Positions 41,544 to 51,061 of a DNA stretch of 64,000 nt are shown piece by piece. Under the pieces are notes generated by a model that was given only the letters and a program-made list of their open reading frames with translations, did not search any database and had not been told where the DNA came from. The translations under genes and the position numbers were made by a program. Numbering within the stretch: position 1 is the stretch's first letter; each line of letters begins with the position of its first letter. Location: contig JAZKFH010000025.1 of the NCBI GenBank assembly GCA_040386535.1, forward strand, positions 1 to 64,000, in the 5' to 3' direction. The stretch is from Myxococcota bacterium (GTDB lineage Bacteria; Myxococcota_A; UBA796; SXON01).

Positions 41544-44066
41544 ATGTACGCAGCAGAGCTCCATCGAGGCGCCGTGGAGGCCCTCCTCGCGTCTCGGGTC
41601 GCCGTCCTCCCGGAGGGCGCCGTGCTGCCGGACGGGGGGTGGCCCACGCTCGGACGTTTGGTCCACCGCGCGTGGTTGGAGGCTGGCGGGCGCGGGCCCC
41701 TGCTCCAGCTCGACGCACGACACGTCGGGAGTGCGGACGACGTTGACGCCGCCGCGCGTGCGCTCGGAGAGGGGCTCCTGCACCTCGGCCCGGGTGTGCC
41801 CTGCCCCCGCGGGCTCCCCGTCGCGGTGTTGCGTCACGCGGCCACCACGGACCCCCGGGAGCCGCACCGTCTCGACGCCGTGCATGCCGTAGCGGTCGAC
41901 CCCACCCTGGCGCGTGTGCGGGCGGCCCTCCGTGCGCACGCCCTGGCCGGCGAGGTGATCTACCTGCGCGGCCCCGCGGGCTCCGGCCGTGCGAGCCTCG
42001 CCCGCTGGGCAGCCGCGACGCTCGGCGCGCCCTCCCTCGTCGAGATCTCGCCCGACCACGCGGCGCACGCCCCTCCCGGCGCGTGGATCCTGCTCCGCGA
42101 GTTCGAGGATCTCGGGCCCGAGCGCCTCGGACCGCTGCGTGCGCGGCTGGCGGCGCCGCCGGTGCGCTGGGGGAGCACGGCGCCCGGCGTCCGCCCCGAT
42201 CACCCCGCCGCGGCCACGATGGTGGGCCGGGACCGGGCGTTCTGTGACGTGCTCGCCACCGCCGTGCTGCACGCGCCGACTCCCGCGCCCGTGCTCATCC
42301 TCGGCGAGAGCGGGACGGGCAAGGAGCCCCTCGCGCGGCTGGTCCACGACGCGAGCGGGCGCCGCGGACCGCTGGTGGCGGTCGATCTCGCCAGCCGCAA
42401 CGAGAACCTGCTCGAAGATGACCTTTTCGGCCACGTCCCCGGTGCGTTCGAGGGCGCCCGGACCGCGCGGGACGGCGCGTTGCGGCGGGCGCACCGCGGC
42501 ACCCTGTTCCTCGACGAGCTCGGCAACCTCCCCGCCACCACCCAGCTCCGCTTGCTCCGCGTGTTGGAGACCGGCCAGGTGCAGCCGCTCGGCTCCGACA
42601 CGACCTACGCGGTCGACGTGCGGGTCGTGGCGGCGACCAACTCCGACATGGAGGGGCTGGTGCACTCGGGCGCCTTCCGGCGCGACCTGTACCATCGCCT
42701 CGCCGGCGTGGTGCTCCGCCTGCCCCCCTTGCGGGACCGCGGCGACGATCTTGTGCTGCTCGCCGAACACTTCGCGCGGGAGGTGGGCTCGGGCGGAGTC
42801 ACCCCCGAGGCGCTCGAGTTCCTCCGCGGGCGCCCGTGGTCCGGCAACATCCGCGAGCTCCGCAGCGTGGTCGAGGTCGCCGCGCGCGAGGCCCACGGGG
42901 GGCCCATCCAGCCTCGCCACGTCCGGCTCGAGTCGCCCGTCCCCATCTTCGTCACCGGCAGCGTCGATGTCCTGGAGCACCCCGGCGCGTTGAACCGGCG
43001 TGAAGCGCAGGCGTTGGCGGCGTTGGGCGTGGTGGTCGCGCCACCGGCCGAACGGGGCGAGGCGTGCATCCGGGGCGCCGTGCTCGCGGGCCTCGGCGGG
43101 CGCCCTGTCACCCCCGAGGCGCTCTGGCAGCTCGTGTCGTGGCCGTGGTGGGGCAACTTCGTCGAGCTCGACCGCAAGCTGCGCGTGCTCCGCGGCGGGC
43201 CGCCCGGCCTGGTCGACGTGGACGCGCTCGCGGCGATCTTCCCGGAGGCGGGGGTGTCCCGCGAGCCGATCGTGTCGCTGCTCTCGCCCTCCGCGCGGGA
43301 GGACGGCTCGGTGCAGGGCTGGCGCGCCACCCACTACGACGGCGCCCTCGTGTTGGGGCGGGCCCGCACCCGCGCCGACCTCGACGAGCCGCGCAAGAAG
43401 TGGCTCGCGAGCCGCGCGGACGCGCCGGGCTTCATGGCCTTTCCGCAGCTCATGGAGCTCTCCCGCGTCCACGCCCTCGTGACCCGCCAGGGTGACAACC
43501 TCGTGGTAGCGAGCGGCCCCGGAGTGAGCCTCCCGCTGCTCGCCGGCCCCCTCGATGGGGCCCTCGTGCCCGTGGGCACCGGAGACACCGTGAGCATCGG
43601 CCGCGCGGGGGAGGTGCGCTTCCAACGTGACGCCGAGCCCCTGCTCCAGCTCTACCTGTTCGCCGGCGAGGCCGCGCTCGCCGAGGCCGCGCCGCTGCTC
43701 CGCGCCCGCCTCTCCGGGGACGTTGGCGAAACCAAACAAGGGGGACGTGTGGCGCGGGCGCGCGCGCTCTCCCGTGACGAGATCGGCGAGCTGAACGCGG
43801 TCGTCGTCGACTTCGCGCGGGGCGAGGGCGAGTTCGCGCCCCACCTGCGCGCCGCCCTGGTGACATCGGGGCAGGCGGAGCTGCGCGCTCTGTTGCTCTC
43901 GGGCCACCCGACCCAGTCGTGCGTCCGCCTGTATCAGAGCGTGTACAACCGGCCGCTCCGGCGCGACCTGGTCCGGCAGCTCAAGGACGCGGGCCTGATC
44001 GAGCGCGCACGCGAGCGCCTCCCCACCAACCTGCGCGGGATCCTCGACGAGCCCGACGAGGACTGA
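41544..44066 (+). CDS. atypical sigma54-interaction (bEBP-like) AAA+ protein with degenerate second AAA+ domain and FHA-like domain
   Basis: GESGTGKE, LFGH..GAFEGA, TLFLDE, VRVVAATN, FRRDLYHRL, PPLRDR, WSGNIREL; later LGR...SRVHA; no Fis-type HTH seen. Confidence 0.8.
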   Translation: MYAAELHRGAVEALLASRVAVLPEGAVLPDGGWPTLGRLVHRAWLEAGGRGPLLQLDARHVGSADDVDAAARALGEGLLHLGPGVPCPRGLPVAVLRHAATTDPREPHRLDAVHAVAVDPTLARVRAALRAHALAGEVIYLRGPAGSGRASLARWAAATLGAPSLVEISPDHAAHAPPGAWILLREFEDLGPERLGPLRARLAAPPVRWGSTAPGVRPDHPAAATMVGRDRAFCDVLATAVLHAPTPAPVLILGESGTGKEPLARLVHDASGRRGPLVAVDLASRNENLLEDDLFGHVPGAFEGARTARDGALRRAHRGTLFLDELGNLPATTQLRLLRVLETGQVQPLGSDTTYAVDVRVVAATNSDMEGLVHSGAFRRDLYHRLAGVVLRLPPLRDRGDDLVLLAEHFAREVGSGGVTPEALEFLRGRPWSGNIRELRSVVEVAAREAHGGPIQPRHVRLESPVPIFVTGSVDVLEHPGALNRREAQALAALGVVVAPPAERGEACIRGAVLAGLGGRPVTPEALWQLVSWPWWGNFVELDRKLRVLRGGPPGLVDVDALAAIFPEAGVSREPIVSLLSPSAREDGSVQGWRATHYDGALVLGRARTRADLDEPRKKWLASRADAPGFMAFPQLMELSRVHALVTRQGDNLVVASGPGVSLPLLAGPLDGALVPVGTGDTVSIGRAGEVRFQRDAEPLLQLYLFAGEAALAEAAPLLRARLSGDVGETKQGGRVARARALSRDEIGELNAVVVDFARGEGEFAPHLRAALVTSGQAELRALLLSGHPTQSCVRLYQSVYNRPLRRDLVRQLKDAGLIERARERLPTNLRGILDEPDED

Positions 44067-44069
44067 CCG

Positions 44070-45179
44070 TCAACCTCCCGCTTTTCCGCCCGCGCGCCCC
44101 ATGTCCGCCAACTCTGCCCCGGTCACGACGCGAAGGTTGCCTGCGGACCAGCGCACGAGGTCCTCGTAGGCCTCCCAGATGCGCGCCTGCTCCTCCATCC
44201 CGCGCACCCGCGATTCCTCCTTCGGGTTGAGGTTCCAGGGGGGTGGGAGCGGCGTGTCCTTGTCCTTGGCGCTGTAGTAGGAGAGGGTCCACCCCTCGGG
44301 GCCGAAGCGGTAGAAGTTGTTCTCGTGCACAAGGGATGTCACGAACGCGCCGCGGGGCGCGCTCCATGCGCCGAGCCGCTCCTTGAGGCGACTCACGGGG
44401 TTGAACGAGGGATCCCGCCCCACCCGGTTCCACCAGAACTGCTCGATGCCGCCCGGGTCGAGCCAACGGGTCAGACCGATGTCACTCGGGCGCACCACCA
44501 GCCCCCCGCGCGTGGTGATGGGGTTGGCCGCGGACGCCTGCTCTTCGTGGTACCAGACCACCACCCGCGCGCCCATCGACCGGTACACGTTCAGCGCCGC
44601 GAGCTTGTTGCGCGGGTCCTTGTTGGGAGTCACCACCGTGACGACCGAACCAAACGTGTCCTTCACCAGTGTGTACCCGCCCGGTTTGGTGCGATCGAGC
44701 TCGCCGGTCGCGCGGTCGAGGGAGAACGTCTCGTAGTCGCGGAGCAGGGCCTCCCGGTCGGCATCCGACAGGCCCGCGAGCTTGCCCTCGAAGCCGTTGA
44801 CCAGCGGGTGCGGCGCGCGCACGTGGTAGCTGATGGTCATCCCGCTGGCGCGGAGCCGCTCGATCACATCGGGGCGCTGGGCCTTGTAGAGCTCCACCAT
44901 GGGCCCTGTCAGGTAGAATTCGCCCTTCACTCCCTGCCGCGTGTAGATGTCGACGAGGTGGATCAACGTGTCGGCGCTGTCGTTCACGTGGTTCACGTCG
45001 TGCACGTTCACCACGAAGTTGATGCAGCCCTCGGGGCACGGGTTCGCCACGGGTACGATCACTTCGGGGATGACCGCGTCCCGCCCGGGCCCGCCTCCTC
45101 CGCCCTTGGCTCCGCCGCGGGGCTCTTTTGCGAGGGCAACGCCGAGGAGGAGGAGGGGAGCAAGCAGGAGGAGGCGCAT
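44070..45179 (-). CDS. secreted protein, possibly polysaccharide-deacetylase (NodB)-like fold
   Basis: Signal peptide; FVVNVHD, GVKGEFYLTG, ISYH pattern; fold is inferred. Confidence 0.5.
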   Translation of the reverse strand: MRLLLLAPLLLLGVALAKEPRGGAKGGGGGPGRDAVIPEVIVPVANPCPEGCINFVVNVHDVNHVNDSADTLIHLVDIYTRQGVKGEFYLTGPMVELYKAQRPDVIERLRASGMTISYHVRAPHPLVNGFEGKLAGLSDADREALLRDYETFSLDRATGELDRTKPGGYTLVKDTFGSVVTVVTPNKDPRNKLAALNVYRSMGARVVVWYHEEQASAANPITTRGGLVVRPSDIGLTRWLDPGGIEQFWWNRVGRDPSFNPVSRLKERLGAWSAPRGAFVTSLVHENNFYRFGPEGWTLSYYSAKDKDTPLPPPWNLNPKEESRVRGMEEQARIWEAYEDLVRWSAGNLRVVTGAELADMGRAGGKAGG

Positions 45180-45244
45180 CAGGGTCTGTTATCCGACCGG
45201 GCGGGGCCGGATCCTCGGGTTGGCCCCGAAGTGGGTGCGACGGA

Positions 45245-45433
45245 CTACGCGCACCCAATCTCGGTGCACGCCTCGCGGCCGCCCTCGGTGCAGGTGCAGG
45301 TGTTGCATCCATCTTGCGCGGTCCAGGACTCGTCGGCGGTGCGCAGGTTGCCGTCGTGATCGATGCACTCTCCCGCCGCGGTGTCTGGGGAGGCGGTGCA
45401 GGCGACGAGCAAGGCGAGGAGCAGGACGCGCAA
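45245..45433 (-). CDS. small lipoprotein with pacifastin-like six-Cys domain
   Basis: LVAC lipobox; C...CNTCTC..G...CTEIGC; TTG start uncertain. Confidence 0.7.
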   Translation of the reverse strand: MRVLLLALLVACTASPDTAAGECIDHDGNLRTADESWTAQDGCNTCTCTEGGREACTEIGCA

Positions 45434-45497
45434 GGATACCGCCGTTGGATGTGCGTGGACTCTATACGAGAAGTCGAGTGACGGGCTACGCGTCCCC

Positions 45498-47360
45498 ATG
45501 CCGCCCCTCCGCTTCGCCGTCATCGCCGACTCGCACTTCCACCCGCCCGGCGTGCCCGAGCAGGCCGTGTGGGAGAGCGACCGCTACTTCAACGCACGAA
45601 ACCGCGCGGCCATCGCGCTCGTGCGCCGCGCCGAGCCCGCGTTCACGGTGCACCTGGGAGATGTGCCGCACCCCGTGCCCGGCCTGGCCGCCCACGCCGA
45701 CGCCCTCGCCGTGGCGCACGACACCTACGCCGCCCTCGACGCGCCGCTCTACGTCGTGCCCGGAAATCATGACGTAGGTGACAAGCCCCATCCGTGGGCG
45801 CCCGCGCCGAGCGTGTCGGTCGAGAAACATGCCGTGTTCGCCGCGCACTGGGGTGCGCCGTGGTGGGTCGTCGAGCGTGACGGGATCGTGCTCCTCGGCA
45901 TCGACACGCCGGTGCTCAACAGCGGGTTGGCGCTCGAGGCGGAGCAGTGGGCGTGGCTCGAGGACACGCTCGCCACGTTGAAGGGGCGCCGGATCTTCGC
46001 GTTCGTGCACTACCCGCCGTACCTGCTCGATCCAAACGAGCCGGAGCACTACGACAACCTCGCCGAGCCCGCGCGGGGGCGGCTCCTGGAGATCCTGGTC
46101 GGCGCCGGCGTGGAGGCCCTGTTCTGTGGGCACGTGCACCACCCGTTCTGGAACCGGCACGTGTCACCCACCGGGGCCGCGCTCGACATCTATCTGTTGC
46201 CCTCGACCGCGTTCGTGCGGCCCGGGTACGCCGAGCTGGCGCGGGTGGGCCCCGGCGCCGAGCATGGGCGCGACGACGGCGAGCGGCTCGGCTTCTGTCT
46301 GGTGCACGTGGACGAAGCGGGCCATCGGGTCGAGTGGGTGCGCACCGGCGGGGCCACCGAGACGCCCGAGTGGGTCGCGGGGCTCGGGCCCGGCGAGGCG
46401 CGGCCGCGGTGCCCGGTCGGGCTGACGTTACGACACAGTTGGGACGCGGTGCTCGACATCCCCGCGGACGGTTTGGATCCGTTCCGTCGCAAGCAGGCGC
46501 GCAACGATCTGACCCTGCTCGCCACCTGGGAGCTCGGCGCCACCGTGCTCCGCCTGCCGTTGGAGGACCTGCGCCGGCCTGCTACGCGCGCTCGGCTCCT
46601 GGCGCTCGCGGCCAACGGACAACGTGTCATCCTGTGGACGCCCGAGGCGCTCCACCCCGAGGACGTGGCGCTCGTGGAGGTGCACCAGCACGCGATCCTG
46701 GCGGTGGAGCTCATCGTGCCACGGGCGTGGTTGGACCGCCCGCTCCCAAACCTGGCGGTGCCCCGTTGGGTGGCGCCGCTGGGGAGCCCGCCCGACGCGG
46801 CGAAGGGGCGGTACTTCAGCCACTTCACGCCGCACGGCTTCACGCTCGAAGACGCGGACCTGCCCCGCGCGACAGGGGATGGCGTGGTCGTTCGCATTGA
46901 CCCCGAGGTGGACGTGTGGGACGGCATCGCGGCCGCCGCAGGACTTCGGCGCGACGGGCGCGCGGTGATGGCGCTCGTGTTGCTTCCGCGCGGGGGCGAG
47001 GCGGTGACCTTCACGGACGACGCGGAGGTCACCCGGCGCGTCGCGCTCGCGGCGCTCGCGGCCCGGGCGCATCCCGAGGTGACCGTGGTGCTCGACACCT
47101 TCCAGGATCACGACCGGGGCTACTTCACCCGCCACGGGCTCTACGACCGGCGGGGCAATCCGCGGGCGGCGGCACGCGTGCTCGCGGCGTTGGCGCGGCT
47201 GGTGCCGGTGGAGGCGCGCCCGACGCGGGAGGGGAGCGTGGTGACCGTACCGGGACCGGACGGCGGGTTCCTGGTGCGGCTCGACGGCGGCGACGGCGTG
47301 GATCTCGCGCGCGGCGTGCTCGCGACGGCGATCGGCGGGCCGGTCCTCACGCGGGAGTGA
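45498..47360 (+). CDS. calcineurin-like metallophosphoesterase with large C-terminal extension
   Basis: ADSH, HLGD, PGNHD, FVHYP, GHVH. Confidence 0.85.
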   Translation: MPPLRFAVIADSHFHPPGVPEQAVWESDRYFNARNRAAIALVRRAEPAFTVHLGDVPHPVPGLAAHADALAVAHDTYAALDAPLYVVPGNHDVGDKPHPWAPAPSVSVEKHAVFAAHWGAPWWVVERDGIVLLGIDTPVLNSGLALEAEQWAWLEDTLATLKGRRIFAFVHYPPYLLDPNEPEHYDNLAEPARGRLLEILVGAGVEALFCGHVHHPFWNRHVSPTGAALDIYLLPSTAFVRPGYAELARVGPGAEHGRDDGERLGFCLVHVDEAGHRVEWVRTGGATETPEWVAGLGPGEARPRCPVGLTLRHSWDAVLDIPADGLDPFRRKQARNDLTLLATWELGATVLRLPLEDLRRPATRARLLALAANGQRVILWTPEALHPEDVALVEVHQHAILAVELIVPRAWLDRPLPNLAVPRWVAPLGSPPDAAKGRYFSHFTPHGFTLEDADLPRATGDGVVVRIDPEVDVWDGIAAAAGLRRDGRAVMALVLLPRGGEAVTFTDDAEVTRRVALAALAARAHPEVTVVLDTFQDHDRGYFTRHGLYDRRGNPRAAARVLAALARLVPVEARPTREGSVVTVPGPDGGFLVRLDGGDGVDLARGVLATAIGGPVLTRE

Positions 47361-47426
47361 CATGTCGGTGAGCGGCGCCACACGCGGATCACACGCTGAG
47401 CACGAGCGCCGCGGATAGACCCGCGC

Positions 47427-48341
47427 GTGTCCGACTCCACCCTCGGCGAGCTCTGCGCCCTGCTCGCCCCCCTCGCGTGGTCGGTCGCCGTCATCCTGTT
47501 CAAGCGGTCGTCGTCGGCGCCGGCGATCTCGCTCAACTTGTTCAAGAACACCTTCGCCGTGGTGCTGCTCTCCCTCACCCTGCTGGTGTTGCGCATCCCC
47601 ATCCCGACCGATCGGAGCGCGGAGGATTGGACGCGGCTCATCGTGAGCGGGTTCCTCGGGCTCGCGGTGGCTGACACCCTCTTGTTCGAGGGCCTCCGTC
47701 GCATCGGCGCGGCGCGGCTCGCCGTGGTCGACACAATCTACGCGCCGCTGGTGGTGCTCTTGTGTTGGGTGTTCCTCGGTGAACAACCCAACACCAGCTT
47801 CATCCTTGGCGGGGTGATGGTGATCGGGGGGGTGACCCTCGCGTCGATCGACCCGGACGCGCTCAAGAAGGACGTTGGGATCGAGGGCGTCGCGGCCGCC
47901 CGGGAGGTGAGCCTCGGCGCGTTCTACGCCACGCTTGCCATCGCGGGGACGGCGATCGGCGTCGTCATCGCCAAGCCGGTGCTCGAGGGCTCCGACCTCA
48001 TCGAGGTCACGTGGACGCGGCTCGTCGCGGGGATGATCGGCATGATCGTCTTCACCGTCGTGCGGGGGCGCGGGCAGGAGGCGATGGTCGCGTTCTGGCC
48101 GGGGCCGTTGTGGCGCACGCTCATCCCCGCGGCGTTTTTCGGCACGTACCTCTCGCTGATCTTCTGGCTCGGCGGCTTCAAGTGGGCGGACGCGTCCGTG
48201 GCCGCCACGCTCAACCAGATGGCGACGGTCTACATGCTCGTGTTCGCGCGGTACGTGCTCAAGGAGACGCTGCGGCCGCGGCAGGTCGTCGGGAGCCTCA
48301 TCGCCGGCGCGGGCGCGTTGTGGATCGTGCTGCACCGCTGA
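47427..48341 (+). CDS. DMT / EamA family transporter
   Basis: About 10 TM helices in two repeats; FLGE and VLKE motifs. Confidence 0.88.
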   Translation: MSDSTLGELCALLAPLAWSVAVILFKRSSSAPAISLNLFKNTFAVVLLSLTLLVLRIPIPTDRSAEDWTRLIVSGFLGLAVADTLLFEGLRRIGAARLAVVDTIYAPLVVLLCWVFLGEQPNTSFILGGVMVIGGVTLASIDPDALKKDVGIEGVAAAREVSLGAFYATLAIAGTAIGVVIAKPVLEGSDLIEVTWTRLVAGMIGMIVFTVVRGRGQEAMVAFWPGPLWRTLIPAAFFGTYLSLIFWLGGFKWADASVAATLNQMATVYMLVFARYVLKETLRPRQVVGSLIAGAGALWIVLHR

Positions 48342-48360
48342 CAGGCGGCGCGGCGAGCCG

Positions 48361-48735
48361 TCAGGGTGCCGCGGACAGCGCCACGAGCTCGTCGAGCACC
48401 TGCTCTTCGAGCGCCAGCATGTCGGCTTCGGGCAGCTCGAGCGCGGTCGCGTAGCGCGAGATGAGGGCCTTCTCGGCCTCGGAGACGCCCCCCTCGTTGT
48501 GCGCGACGAGGAGCGCGAGCTTCATGCACAACAGGCGCAGATCCTCGCGGGGGAGCGCGGCGGCGAGGGCATCGGGCTCGATCGGCGTGGGGGACTCGCC
48601 GAGGTCGGCCGAGAAGGCCTGGATGAGCGCGACCTCCTTGGGGTGGAGGCCGTCGCAGCCCGCCACGGTGTGGAGGGCGCGGGCAATCGCGCTCGCTTCG
48701 GCGTCGGAGACGGGGATCGAGGGGAAGAAGGACAT
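48361..48735 (-). CDS. TerB-like (tellurite resistance B fold) protein
   Basis: VAGCDG...E..LI and VAHNEG.VS.AE..LI..YA..L duplicated motif. Confidence 0.6.
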   Translation of the reverse strand: MSFFPSIPVSDAEASAIARALHTVAGCDGLHPKEVALIQAFSADLGESPTPIEPDALAAALPREDLRLLCMKLALLVAHNEGGVSEAEKALISRYATALELPEADMLALEEQVLDELVALSAAP

Positions 48736-48797
48736 TCCGGCCCCTATCGCGGCGCTCGGGGTGAGGGGAGGCCCGCGAGGACGGGGCCGGGGGCGGG

Positions 48798-49334
48798 CTA
48801 TTTCCCCGAGGGGGCGCCCCCGCCCGGTTGACCGTTGGGACCACGCGGGCCCGGCCCCTGGGGCCCCTTCTGGGCGCCTGCGTTGGGCGCGTTCGACACG
48901 AGGTTGCCGTGTTTGTCGCGCAGCTCGAACAAGGCCGGGCCCGGCGCGCCGTTGTCGATCTGCCCACGTTCGAGCTTCGTGACGCGGGCCTCGAGCTCGT
49001 CGAGCGCGTCCTGGACCGACTTCCCGGAGAGCGTCGTCTTGCGCGGGTCGTAGGTGATCGCCGCGGCGCCGAAGGCCGCGCCGGTCTGGAGCTCGGTCTG
49101 CCGCAGCTCCAACAGTTGGATCCGGCCTGCGAGGTCGTTGGTGACGCTGGAAGGCTCGATGGCCGCGTCCGTCGTGACCGGCATTCCGCCCGGCTGGCAC
49201 CGGACGTAGAGCTCGTCGAGCGCGCCCTGCACGGTGGTGGCGCTCGTGCCGCTCCGCCCGTTGTCGAACGCCACGCTCGTGGCGGAACCCTCGTCGGAGG
49301 TGCCACAACCCAGCACGAGCGTCAGGAGGAGCAC
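48798..49334 (-). CDS. hypothetical lipoprotein with two VQxALDEL repeats
   Basis: VLGC lipobox; SATTVQGALDEL and SGKSVQDALDEL; Gly/Pro tail. Confidence 0.65.
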   Translation of the reverse strand: MLLLTLVLGCGTSDEGSATSVAFDNGRSGTSATTVQGALDELYVRCQPGGMPVTTDAAIEPSSVTNDLAGRIQLLELRQTELQTGAAFGAAAITYDPRKTTLSGKSVQDALDELEARVTKLERGQIDNGAPGPALFELRDKHGNLVSNAPNAGAQKGPQGPGPRGPNGQPGGGAPSGK

Positions 49335-49339
49335 CGCCG

Positions 49340-50113
49340 CTACCCGAACTGGACCGAGCGCTTGGAGAAGCCGCCCTGCCAGAACCCGGTGACGGGGAAG
49401 GTGATCGGGCCGGGTTTGTCGGCCGCGGCGCCCGCCGCGAACCACAGCGGGGCGAGGTGATCGTGGCGCGGGTGGGCCCGCTTGACCATCGGCGCCTTCT
49501 CGATGTCCAACAACGCGTCGAAGTCGCCGCGCGCGAGGGTGTCCGCCGCCCAGGTGTCGAACGTTGTAGCCCAGGGGGGCGTGGCCGGGAGGTAGCCGTC
49601 GCGCGGGTTGTAGGTCATGTGCCCGCTACCGATCAGCAGCACGCCCTCGTCGCGGAGCGGCGCCAGCGTGCGCCCGAGCGCGAAGACCGTGGCGGGCACG
49701 AGCGAGGGCAGCGAGAGCTGGAGCACGGGCACGTCGGCCATCGGGTACAGGAACATCAGGGGCACGTAGACGCCGTGGTCGAGCCCACGGTCGGGGGCGG
49801 AGTCCACGCGCTCGCCGGAGGCTTCGAGCAGGGCGCGCACACGCTCCGCGAGGGCCGGTGCGCCGGGCGGGGCGTAGCGGGCGCGCAGGTAGCGCTCGGG
49901 GAACCCCTTGAAGTCGTGACGGAGCGGCACGGGCTGGGTGGCGCCGAGCGTGGCCGGGCGCCGCTCCCAGTGCGCGGACACGACGAGGATCGCGGTGGGG
50001 CGGCCGATGGCGGCGCCCCACTGGATGAGCTCGTTCGTCCACACGGGATCCGCGGCGAGGGGCGGGTCACCGTGGCTGACGAAGAGCGCGGGGAGGCGGG
50101 CGGGAGGGGACAC
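49340..50113 (-). CDS. DODA-type / LigB-family extradiol ring-cleavage dioxygenase
   Basis: LFVSHG.P, VSAHW, DF.GFP, RGLDHG, VPVLQLS, GSG..T, AHP..DH. Confidence 0.9.
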   Translation of the reverse strand: MSPPARLPALFVSHGDPPLAADPVWTNELIQWGAAIGRPTAILVVSAHWERRPATLGATQPVPLRHDFKGFPERYLRARYAPPGAPALAERVRALLEASGERVDSAPDRGLDHGVYVPLMFLYPMADVPVLQLSLPSLVPATVFALGRTLAPLRDEGVLLIGSGHMTYNPRDGYLPATPPWATTFDTWAADTLARGDFDALLDIEKAPMVKRAHPRHDHLAPLWFAAGAAADKPGPITFPVTGFWQGGFSKRSVQFG

Positions 50114-50157
50114 GGGAACCTCGGCGACGCCCCCTTAGCCCACCCCACCCGCCCGGG

Positions 50158-50646
50158 TCAGGCGCTCGCGCGCTCCCGCTTCGTGGCCATGAGCTCCGCC
50201 TTGCGCTTCTCCAGCACGGGGACCATCGCGACCAGGTCGACGTCGGACTTGCGCGCCTCGGGGAACAGCTCCTCACGCTCCTCGGTGACGTGGTGGTCGA
50301 TGTATTCGCCCAGCACGATCACCTTGGCGTCGAACTTGTCTTCCTCGGGGCCCATCGCCGTGATCTGCGCGATCAACGACTTGCCGCTGTCGTGCTCGAC
50401 CTCGGCCTCATCCAGCAGGGCGTGATCCTGCGTGGCCTTGCGCACGGGCGGGTAGAAGATCTCCTCCTCGAGCCGCATGTGTACGGTGAGCTCGTTGCAG
50501 ATGCGGTCCGCGAGGGTCTTCTTCGCCTTGGGCGAACCGTCGTCCTCGCTCAGCTTCTTGAACTCGACGAACAGCTTCTTCACCGCGATGTGGTCGGCGT
50601 CCAGGAGGTCGACCGCATCGTTCTTGTTGGGCGGAGCCTTGCTCAT
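50158..50646 (-). CDS. hemerythrin (HHE) domain protein
   Basis: LL.ADH, ELTVH..LEEEIFYP, EA.VEH, HHV.EE..ELFP. Confidence 0.92.
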   Translation of the reverse strand: MSKAPPNKNDAVDLLDADHIAVKKLFVEFKKLSEDDGSPKAKKTLADRICNELTVHMRLEEEIFYPPVRKATQDHALLDEAEVEHDSGKSLIAQITAMGPEEDKFDAKVIVLGEYIDHHVTEEREELFPEARKSDVDLVAMVPVLEKRKAELMATKRERASA

Positions 50647-50715
50647 GATGAATCACCTTTCAGCCGGCGTCACGGCCGGGACAAGAGGAAGCTGGGATCG
50701 GTTGGAGCGTTGGAA

Positions 50716-50886
50716 CTAGTCGCACGTGCCGACACAGTCGGCCTCAGAGCCGCATTCTTCCTCGCAGTCGAGGTCCTCGAGGCAATCTTCGAGGCAGCTC
50801 TCGTGGTCGTCATGGCAGACGCTGACACAGTCGTCTTCGGAACATCCGGTGAGCGCGAGCATGAAGAGGCCGATGAGAATGGACAT
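50716..50886 (-). CDS. small acidic Cys-rich lipoprotein
   Basis: GAGGA RBS; LTGC lipobox; four CxxxC pairs. Confidence 0.65.
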   Translation of the reverse strand: MSILIGLFMLALTGCSEDDCVSVCHDDHESCLEDCLEDLDCEEECGSEADCVGTCD

Positions 50887-51061
50887 TGTGCGTTCCTCCG
50901 CAACGCCGGTTGGGGCGTTGGTGAGGAGCACGTACTCCCACGGCCGAGCGAGGACCGGGTGCCACCGCACAACCGTGACACCCGATCATGAGAAGCAACG
51001 CGGGCCCGTGCTTCGTCACGGCGCGTCGCATCCCGCCACCTCGCATCCTCCCACTACGCGG

